Position numbers and translations under genes: made by a program | The notes under the pieces: model-generated | The model's database searches: none | Seen by the model: only the letters and a program-made list of their open reading frames with translations | Told to the model about the DNA's origin: nothing | Part shown: positions 57,041 to 64,000 of the stretch, piece by piece | How positions within the stretch are numbered: position 1 is the first letter of the stretch | Layout of the letters: the number at the start of each line of letters is the position of its first letter | DNA from: an uncultured bacterium | Lineage (GTDB): Bacteria > Omnitrophota > Gorgyraeia > Duberdicusellales > 4484-171 | NCBI GenBank assembly: GCA_913050175.1 | Contig: CAJXAF010000001.1 | Coordinates: forward strand, 1,126 to 65,125 | Length of the DNA stretch: 64,000 bases | Reading direction: 5' to 3'

Positions 57041-58435
57041 ATGTCAAAAAATCTTTGGGGTGGGAGGTTTAAGAAAGCAATCGATCAGGATTTTTTTAAT
57101 TTTCAAAAATCAATCCACTATGATCATAAATTGGTTGAGTATGATCTATATCACTCAATCATTCATGTCAGTGCTCTAAGGGAAGCTAAGATTTTAAATG
57201 CCAGTGAAGCCAAGAGGCTTACTTCTGCTTTAAATGATATTGCCCGGGAAGTAATGACTAATACTTTTAAGCCAAACCCTAACGCCGAGGATATCCATAC
57301 TGATATCCACAATCGAGTCACTAAAAAATTAGGTGATCTGGCTCAGAAACTCCACACTCTTCGTTCCCGCAATGATCAGGTTGTTTTTGATGAGAAGTGG
57401 TATTGTTACAAGGAAGGAATATATATCTTAGGAGAATTGAATATTCTTCTTACAGCTCTAAATCATCTTGGCACAAGGTATAAGCATATTTATTTGCCCG
57501 GCTATACGCACACCCAGCGGGCCCAGGTAGTATCTTTTTTTAATTATACCGGTGCATTTTTTGCTATGTTTGAGCGTGATTTTGAGAGAATTGATATGTT
57601 TGTTAAGCGCTCATCGATTTATATTGGTTCCGGAGCTTTAGCCGGAAGTGCAATTCCTAAGGCTGCTTATAGTGAGGCGATTAAAAAATTCCTGGCAAAA
57701 ATTAAGTATGAATCAAAACACGGTCGCTCGGAAACAGTTAAGAACTCTCTTGATAATGTTGCCAGCCGCGACTTTGTAATTGAATTTTTAAGTATCTTAT
57801 CAATGCTTCAGATGCATCTCTCACGCATGGCTGAGGATTTTATCCTTTACTCTACCCGTGAGTTCAGTTTCTTTGATTTGCCGGAAGAGTATTGTACTGG
57901 CTCATCGCTTCTGCCGCATAAGAAAAATCCTGACTTTCTCGAATTGGTCAGGGGTAACACCGGCCGGATATACGGTAATTTAATGTCAGTATTAACTACT
58001 ATGAAAGGATTACCCTTAACTTATAATCGTGATATGCAGCTTGATAAGGAACCTTTGTTTTCATCAACTGAGACAATCAAGGAAGAATTAAAAATTTCCG
58101 CAGGTTTAATCAATGGTCTTATCCTAAATGAGGATAAGATACACAAGGCTTTAGAAGACGAAGATCTTTATGCGACTGAGTTGGTAGAATTTTTAGTTTT
58201 AAAAGGTGTTGCTTTTAAGAATGCCCACACTCTTGTAGGCAGGTTGATTCGTTTTACCCAGGACAACGATTTAAAGATAAAAGAGATGTCCGATTCTGAC
58301 TTAAAGAAGTTTCATAAACAGCTGACTGCCAAAGATGTTAAAAGGATTATGAATCCGGAATATGCTGTGGCATCAAAGAAGTCAATACCGACACTTAAAA
58401 AGGCCACATCAAAAAAGCCTCGTAAGTTAAAATAA
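57041..58435 (+). CDS. argH: Argininosuccinate lyase
   Basis: LWGGRF start; fumarate-lyase signature GSSLLPHKKNPD. Confidence 0.95.
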   Translation: MSKNLWGGRFKKAIDQDFFNFQKSIHYDHKLVEYDLYHSIIHVSALREAKILNASEAKRLTSALNDIAREVMTNTFKPNPNAEDIHTDIHNRVTKKLGDLAQKLHTLRSRNDQVVFDEKWYCYKEGIYILGELNILLTALNHLGTRYKHIYLPGYTHTQRAQVVSFFNYTGAFFAMFERDFERIDMFVKRSSIYIGSGALAGSAIPKAAYSEAIKKFLAKIKYESKHGRSETVKNSLDNVASRDFVIEFLSILSMLQMHLSRMAEDFILYSTREFSFFDLPEEYCTGSSLLPHKKNPDFLELVRGNTGRIYGNLMSVLTTMKGLPLTYNRDMQLDKEPLFSSTETIKEELKISAGLINGLILNEDKIHKALEDEDLYATELVEFLVLKGVAFKNAHTLVGRLIRFTQDNDLKIKEMSDSDLKKFHKQLTAKDVKRIMNPEYAVASKKSIPTLKKATSKKPRKLK

Positions 58436-58444
58436 TTCCCAATT

Positions 58445-59698
58445 ATGCACTACTTTAAATATAAAGGTAAGACTCTATTCTGTGAAAATATAAGTGTAGC
58501 TAAGCTTATGGATAAGTACGGTACTCCTTTGTTTATCTATAGCCAAAAAACTATTTTAGACCACTTTAATAAGTTAAAAAAAGCTTTTTCATCGATAGAT
58601 GCTTTAATATGTTACTCGGTAAAGGTAAATTCAAATATTTGCATTTTAAATCTTCTTACTAAGAAAGGTTCTGGTTTAGATATAGTCTCAGGGGGAGAGC
58701 TTTTTCTGGCAAAGCAGGTAGGTTGTCCAGGTAAAAAAATCGTTTATGCTTCAGTTGGCAAGACTGATAAGGAGATAAAAGATGCTATAAACTATGAAAT
58801 TCTTATGTTTAACGTTGAATCAATTCCTGAACTAAAAAGGATGAATCGAATTGCCAGGCAATTAAAGAAAAAGCCAAAGGTGGCTTTAAGGTTTAATCCT
58901 AATGTTGACGCTAAGACCCATAAGTACATTACTACCGGTAAGAAGGAAAATAAGTTTGGTATGGATGAGGAGACAGTAAAGAAGCTTATACTAAATAACC
59001 AAGACTACTCTTATCTTGATATAGTTGGTTTACATATGCATATTGGTTCGCAAATTACTCAAAGCTCGCCTTATATCAATGCTATAAAAAATGCCGCCAG
59101 ACTTATTAACTTTTTAAAAAAGCAAGGCATAGCTCTTAAATATTTAAATATTGGCGGAGGATTGGGGATAATCTATGATAAGGAAAAACCCCAGACAGCT
59201 AAAGCTTTTGCAAAAAAAGTGCTACCTTTACTAAAAAAGCTAAAGCTTAAGATTATTCTTGAGCCGGGTAGATTTATTGTGGGAAATGCCGGGATCCTGG
59301 CTTCAAAAGTAACTTATGTTAAGGAAACTAGAACTAAGAAATTCATAATCGTTGATGCAGCTATGAATGATTTACTTAGACCGTCTCTTTACGGAGCCTA
59401 TCATAATATTATGCCAGTAGTTAAGTCAGCTAACAATAAGCAAAAAAGCATAAAGAAGGCTGATGTGGTCGGTCCGATATGTGAGAGTGGTGATTTCCTG
59501 GGAAAAGACAGGCTAATCAATGTCGAAGAATCTGAAGGTATCGCAGTTTTTGCTGCCGGTGCCTATGCTTTTTCAATGAGTTCAAATTATAATTCCCGAC
59601 CCCGGGCAGCAGAGGTCTTAGTTAGAGGTAGTAGGGATTATTTAATCAGAAAGCGAGAAACTTATAAAGATTTAATCAATAAAGAGATAATTGTATGA
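58445..59698 (+). CDS. lysA: Diaminopimelate decarboxylase
   Basis: YSVKVNSN (PLP-Lys) and …GGGLGI…, C-terminal …CESGD…. Confidence 0.92.
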   Translation: MHYFKYKGKTLFCENISVAKLMDKYGTPLFIYSQKTILDHFNKLKKAFSSIDALICYSVKVNSNICILNLLTKKGSGLDIVSGGELFLAKQVGCPGKKIVYASVGKTDKEIKDAINYEILMFNVESIPELKRMNRIARQLKKKPKVALRFNPNVDAKTHKYITTGKKENKFGMDEETVKKLILNNQDYSYLDIVGLHMHIGSQITQSSPYINAIKNAARLINFLKKQGIALKYLNIGGGLGIIYDKEKPQTAKAFAKKVLPLLKKLKLKIILEPGRFIVGNAGILASKVTYVKETRTKKFIIVDAAMNDLLRPSLYGAYHNIMPVVKSANNKQKSIKKADVVGPICESGDFLGKDRLINVEESEGIAVFAAGAYAFSMSSNYNSRPRAAEVLVRGSRDYLIRKRETYKDLINKEIIV

Positions 59699-60534
59699 AA
59701 AAAATTGAATTTTATAAATTAGAGGCTTCAGGCAATGATTTTATTTTAATTGATGCCTATAGGATAAAAGGTAAAAAGATAAATTATAAAGCTTTTGCCA
59801 GAAAAATTTGTCAGAGGAAAAATTCTATCGGGGCAGATGGCCTCTTGGTAATTGATAAATCCAAGAAAGCTCGGTTTAAAATGAGGATTTTCAATGCTGA
59901 CGGCTCAGAAGCTGAGATGTGCGGTAATGGTTCAAGATGTGCTGCTCTCTGGGCAGCTTTAAATTGTGCTTGCAAGGGGAAAAGGAAACGAGAGTTTGAT
60001 TTTGAAACCATAGCTGGTTTAATTAAGGCCAAGGTAACCCCGCGGAAAAATACAGCTAAAGTGCAAATGGTTGATCCTTTTAACTTAAAGCTAAATATTG
60101 CTTTAGCTGTATTAGGCAGAAGGGTTAGGGTAAACTTTATAAACACCGGAGTTCCTCATGTGGTAGTATTTGTTCAGGGCTTAGCTAAAATAAATGTAGA
60201 TGAAATCGGGCGGGCAATTCGTTTTCATAGTAAATTCGCCCCGGCCGGAGCAAATGTTAATTTTGTGGAGTTAATGTCAAAAGATACTATTTCAGTACGT
60301 ACCTATGAACGGGGGGTTGAAGCTGAGACTGATAGCTGTGGTACTGGTTCAGTTGCCGCCGCCATAATCAGTGGTTTTAAACTAAAAAGTGATTTAAACA
60401 AGTTCTCACTTAAAGTTAAGACTAAGGGTAAAGATACTTTAAAAATTTATTATAGTCGCAATAAAAATAAAGTCAGTGAGGTTTTCTTAGAAGGCCAAGC
60501 TCATTTAGTTTATAAAGGGTCTATTCAAATATAA
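59695..60534 (+). CDS. dapF: Diaminopimelate epimerase
   Basis: FYKLEASGNDFILID and CGNGSRC catalytic Cys motifs. Confidence 0.92.
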   Translation: MKKIEFYKLEASGNDFILIDAYRIKGKKINYKAFARKICQRKNSIGADGLLVIDKSKKARFKMRIFNADGSEAEMCGNGSRCAALWAALNCACKGKRKREFDFETIAGLIKAKVTPRKNTAKVQMVDPFNLKLNIALAVLGRRVRVNFINTGVPHVVVFVQGLAKINVDEIGRAIRFHSKFAPAGANVNFVELMSKDTISVRTYERGVEAETDSCGTGSVAAAIISGFKLKSDLNKFSLKVKTKGKDTLKIYYSRNKNKVSEVFLEGQAHLVYKGSIQI

Positions 60535-60545
60535 GAGGGGGTTTT

Positions 60546-61424
60546 ATGTTAAAGGGAAGCATTGTAGCCTTAGTTACTCCTTTTGATAACCAGGGCAATA
60601 TTTTAGAAGATAAGATGAAAACTCTTATCGAGTGGCATATAGAGCGGGGCACAGACGGCATACTAGTTTGTGGAACTACTGGTGAGAGTGCCACTCTTAC
60701 CCACCCTGAACATAAGAAAATAATTGAATTCGCTGTTTCAGTTTCTAATAAAAGAATACCGATTGTTGCTGGTTGCGGTTCTAACTCAACCCAGGAAGCC
60801 TTGGAGTTAACCCAATTTGCAAAAAAAGTCGGAGCTGATTATGCTTTAGTTATTACACCCTATTATAATAAACCTACTCAGGAAGGACTATATCAACACT
60901 TTAAAAAAATATCTTCCAGCGTCGATATACCAATTATTATTTACAATGTTCCTTCTCGTACTGGCAGTAATATTTTTCCTGAAACTGTAGCCAGGCTCTA
61001 CCTTGATTTTGCCAATATTGTAGGGATAAAAGAAGCAAGTGGAAACTTAGACCAGATATCTAAAATAATGACCTTAGTTGATGATAAATTTTTGCTTTTC
61101 TCAGGTAGTGATGAGATAACTTTACCCATTCTTTCAGTAGGCGGGGCAGGGGCTATTTCTGTTGTTGCTAATATTATGCCTAAAGAAAGCCATGATATGA
61201 TCGCAGCTTTTCTCGAGGGAAACCCGTCTGAAGCCAAGAGGTTACAGCTATACCTTTATAATATAATCAAAGCCTTATTTATAGAGACAAACCCTATTCC
61301 GGTTAAAACCTCTCTTAAACTTATGGGATTAGTAGATGCTAACTTTCGTCTACCTCTATATAAGATGAGTGAGGCTAATTTGGGAGCTTTAAAATCACTT
61401 TTAAGTAGTTATAAGTTAATATGA
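60546..61424 (+). CDS. dapA: 4-hydroxy-tetrahydrodipicolinate synthase
   Basis: …GTTGESATLT… and Schiff-base Lys region (…GIKEASGN…). Confidence 0.92.
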   Translation: MLKGSIVALVTPFDNQGNILEDKMKTLIEWHIERGTDGILVCGTTGESATLTHPEHKKIIEFAVSVSNKRIPIVAGCGSNSTQEALELTQFAKKVGADYALVITPYYNKPTQEGLYQHFKKISSSVDIPIIIYNVPSRTGSNIFPETVARLYLDFANIVGIKEASGNLDQISKIMTLVDDKFLLFSGSDEITLPILSVGGAGAISVVANIMPKESHDMIAAFLEGNPSEAKRLQLYLYNIIKALFIETNPIPVKTSLKLMGLVDANFRLPLYKMSEANLGALKSLLSSYKLI

Positions 61425-61434
61425 GGATAAGACT

Positions 61435-62157
61435 ATGATTAAAATTGGTGTAAGCGGAGCTAAAGGGAGAATGGGCCAACGCATAATTGCTTTGGCAAAC
61501 GATGATCCTCAGTTAGAAGTTGTTTTTGGCCTGGAGAAAAAAGATCATTCTGATCTTGGCAAGACTTCTGATGGTTTAACTATAAGTAGCGATCTAAGCA
61601 TAATAGCAGGTTGCGATTGTTTAATTGATTTTAGCTTTCATACTGCTGTGGTCGAGAATATCTCTTATCTGGTTAAATTTAAAAAACCGGCGGTAATTGG
61701 AACAACCGGTTTAGATGAGAAAGAATTAGAGATTATCAATCAGGCTGCAAAAGATATTCCTATAGTTTTTGCACCAAATATGAGTGTAGGGGTTAATTTA
61801 TTATTTCGTCTCCTTAATCAAGCCAGCCAAGTCCTGGGAGGATATAAGGTAGATGTGGAGGAGGCCCATCATATTCATAAAAAAGATGCGCCTTCAGGCA
61901 CAGCTAAAAAAATTGCTCAAGTAGTTAATGACCAGGGATTTAATATTAAATTTGAGGATATAAAGTCAATTAGAGAAGGCGAAATAATAGGTGATCACAA
62001 AATCGTTTTTGAGAGCGATGTTGACAAGATAGAGCTCAGCCACTCTGCTAAAACCAGAGATATTTTTGTCCAAGGTTCTCTTATTGCTGCAAAGTGGATT
62101 GTTGGTAAAGCCCCTGGTCTTTACTCAATGGATAACGTCTTATTTACTAAATCTTAG
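61435..62157 (+). CDS. dapB: 4-hydroxy-tetrahydrodipicolinate reductase
   Basis: MIKIGVSGAKGRMGQ NAD(P)-binding start; …EAHHIHKKDAPSGTA…. Confidence 0.9.
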   Translation: MIKIGVSGAKGRMGQRIIALANDDPQLEVVFGLEKKDHSDLGKTSDGLTISSDLSIIAGCDCLIDFSFHTAVVENISYLVKFKKPAVIGTTGLDEKELEIINQAAKDIPIVFAPNMSVGVNLLFRLLNQASQVLGGYKVDVEEAHHIHKKDAPSGTAKKIAQVVNDQGFNIKFEDIKSIREGEIIGDHKIVFESDVDKIELSHSAKTRDIFVQGSLIAAKWIVGKAPGLYSMDNVLFTKS

Positions 62158-62169
62158 AAAGGACAGACA

Positions 62170-63327
62170 ATGAAAAAAATTGATACTTCAAGGAGATTAA
62201 AAGCATTTCCGCCTTATTTGTTTGCCGAGATTGACCGCCAGAAATCTATTTTACGCAAAAAGAAAATTGATTTTATTGATATAAGCATTGGTGATCCTGA
62301 TATTCCGGCACCAAAAGCAGTTATTGAGGCTTTAGCTAAGGCAGCTAAGGTGAAAGTAAATCAAAAATACGCTCTTGACCAGGGAAAGAGCGCCCTGCGA
62401 GCCGCTATAAAGAACTGGTCTAAGAAGAGATTTTCAGTTAATCTCAATCAAGACACTGAAATTCTTCCTCTCATTGGTTCAAAAGAAGGATTAATCCATT
62501 TTCCCTTGGCTTTTGTTAACCAAGGAGAATATGTTATTACTCCTTCACCCGGTTATCCCGGTTATAAGAGCGCAGCCCGTTTTATTAATGCTAAAATTTA
62601 CGACTTAGCTTTACTTGAGGAAAATGCTTTCTTGCCTCAGTTATCAAAGATACCCCTTAGTGTACGTAATAAAGCTAAGTTAATGTACTTAAATTACCCC
62701 CACAACCCAACTACAGCTTTAGCACCTAAGAAGTTTTTAGAAGAATTGGTTAGTTTTTGTAGTAAGTACGGAATTATCCTTGCTTATGACAATGCTTATT
62801 CAGAAGTTTATTTCAACCAGAAACCCTTAAGCATTCTCCAGATAAAAGGTGCCAAAGAAATTGCCCTTGAATTTCATTCTTTATCTAAAACATTTTGTAT
62901 GACTGGTTTTCGTATTGGCTGGGCAGCCGGCAATGCCAATTTTATAAAAGCTCTTCTGAAGGTAAAAGCTAATATTGATTCAGGTATTTTTGGTGCAGTT
63001 CAGGAAGCAGCCATAACCGCTTTAAAAACTCAGGAGAAGTATGTTAGCAATTTAAGGAAAATCTTAAAAGACCGTAGAGATTACTTTGTGAAAAATCTAA
63101 AAGCTGCCGGCTTTAAGGGTATACATTCTGATTCGACTTTTTATGTTTGGACGAGGATACCTAAAGAGTTTAAAACTTCGATTGATTTCTCAACCTACCT
63201 GCTTACTAAGAAGAGCATTGTCGCTACTCCCGGAGTTGGTTTTGGCAAGCATGGTGAAGGGTTTATCAGGTTTGCTTTAACTGTAGATAAGAGCAGTTTA
63301 AAAAAAGTTTTTCAAAAACTAAAATGA
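62170..63327 (+). CDS. dapL: Class I aminotransferase, probable LL-diaminopimelate aminotransferase (DapL route)
   Basis: YLFAEIDRQK…ISIGDPD…YLNYPHNPT…SLSKTFCMTGFRIGW resemble DapL signatures; sits with dapA/dapB/dapF/lysA and no dapD/dapE in window. Confidence 0.6.
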   Translation: MKKIDTSRRLKAFPPYLFAEIDRQKSILRKKKIDFIDISIGDPDIPAPKAVIEALAKAAKVKVNQKYALDQGKSALRAAIKNWSKKRFSVNLNQDTEILPLIGSKEGLIHFPLAFVNQGEYVITPSPGYPGYKSAARFINAKIYDLALLEENAFLPQLSKIPLSVRNKAKLMYLNYPHNPTTALAPKKFLEELVSFCSKYGIILAYDNAYSEVYFNQKPLSILQIKGAKEIALEFHSLSKTFCMTGFRIGWAAGNANFIKALLKVKANIDSGIFGAVQEAAITALKTQEKYVSNLRKILKDRRDYFVKNLKAAGFKGIHSDSTFYVWTRIPKEFKTSIDFSTYLLTKKSIVATPGVGFGKHGEGFIRFALTVDKSSLKKVFQKLK

Positions 63328-63836
63328 AGAAAGCCATAATCTTCTTAAATTTAATGCTTTTTACTATTCAGCTCTTTGCTTTAAACATTGAAACCGATGC
63401 TTTTAATCATAAAGAGTACATTCCTCATCGTTATACTTGTGATACTAAAGATTCTTCTCCCAGCTTTTCCTGGTCAAATGTGCCTGAGGAGGCAAAGAGT
63501 TTTGTTCTTATTTGCGATGATCCCGACGCTCCTTTTAAGGCCTGGGTTCACTGGGTTTTAGTAAATATCCCTAAAGAAGTAACTAGTCTTAAAGAGGGCG
63601 TGAGTGCTGATGAGCTAAAAAATATGGGGGTCATAATCGGTAATAATGATTTTGGCAGCCTTGGTTACCGTGGTCCCTGTCCGCCCCCGGGAAAAACTCA
63701 CCGCTATTTTTTTACACTCTATGCTTTAGACTCAATTCTTCCCTTAAAGGAAGGCGTTGAAAAAAAGGAAGTATTAAAGGCCATCCAAGGTCGTATTCTT
63801 TCCGAAACTAGAGTAATCGGCTTATATCAACGGTAA
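63324..63836 (+). CDS. YbhB/YbcL-family PEBP (Raf-kinase-inhibitor-like) protein, secreted
   Basis: Signal peptide then …PSFSWSNVPEEAKSFVLICDDPDAP…WVHWVLVNIP…GYRGPCPPPGKTHRYFFTLYAL conserved PEBP motifs. Confidence 0.85.
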   Translation: MKKAIIFLNLMLFTIQLFALNIETDAFNHKEYIPHRYTCDTKDSSPSFSWSNVPEEAKSFVLICDDPDAPFKAWVHWVLVNIPKEVTSLKEGVSADELKNMGVIIGNNDFGSLGYRGPCPPPGKTHRYFFTLYALDSILPLKEGVEKKEVLKAIQGRILSETRVIGLYQR

Positions 63837-63912
63837 GTTTATAAGCAAAAAATAAGGTTTTGATCAAATTTCGTTTTTGATCAGTATTGAAATTATATAA
63901 AGGAGGATAATA

Positions 63913-64000
63913 ATGGCAAAGATTAAAAGCCTAAAGGCAAGAGAGGTACTTGATTCCCGCGGTAATCCTACTGTTGAAGTAGATGTTTTATTAAGTGATG
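63913..64000 (+). CDS. eno: Enolase, N-terminal 29 codons (continues beyond window)
   Basis: [29 protein letters not shown] is the conserved enolase N-terminus; SD aaaggagg. Confidence 0.9.
   Translation, partial: MAKIKSLKAREVLDSRGNPTVEVDVLLSD

Overview
This is a low-GC (roughly mid-30s % by eye), gene-dense bacterial chromosomal segment, coded almost entirely on the + strand. LptF/LptG permeases and an A24 prepilin peptidase indicate a diderm organism. Most of it is core biosynthesis and housekeeping. (1) ilvB(partial)-ilvN-ilvC-[617-aa membrane protein]-leuA, then aroE-pilD-aroC. (2) 20.1-31.2 kb: tRNA-Phe, then an NTP-transferase, radical SAM, yggS, tilS, ftsH, folP, cdaA, pdxJ, acpS, nnr block. 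(3) 31.2-41 kb: a tRNA-Thr/Tyr/Gly cluster, gpsA, tRNA-Pro, then hom-thrC-argS-recJ. (4) 50.7-64 kb: a 12-gene arginine/lysine supercluster, argC-J-B-D-F-G-H, lysA, dapF, dapA, dapB and a DapL-type aminotransferase, then a PEBP gene and the start of eno. The non-core content is the interesting part. Seven single-domain PilZ (c-di-GMP receptor) genes are scattered through the window. Four of them flank tRNA-Pro within 2.5 kb, two sit next to stand-alone receiver (REC) genes, and one overlaps hom by 8 nt. A ~10-kb block of small secreted/membrane hypothetical genes (10.2-19.95 kb) ends at tRNA-Phe. It holds a REC+PilZ pair, a PAPS-type sulfotransferase, a lipoprotein esterase interrupted at a C7 homopolymer (phase-variation or pseudogene candidate), two paralogous small two-TM proteins around a zinc-ribbon protein, a MORN/YwqK-repeat protein and a REC remnant. 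A second module at 45.1-47.2 kb has a palindromic operator pair, a small MerR/Xis-like HTH protein, an ExeA/TniB-like AAA+ ATPase, the last ~40 aa of a histidine kinase (vestigial), a REC and a PilZ. Other items: cdaA followed only by a 45-aa CdaR-like N-terminal stub; a structured ~175-nt candidate sRNA with an intrinsic terminator at 41.35-41.52 kb; and a repeated extended -10 promoter motif. No CRISPR array, transposase or integrase was seen. All calls rest on reading motifs in the supplied translations and the raw sequence; no searches were run.
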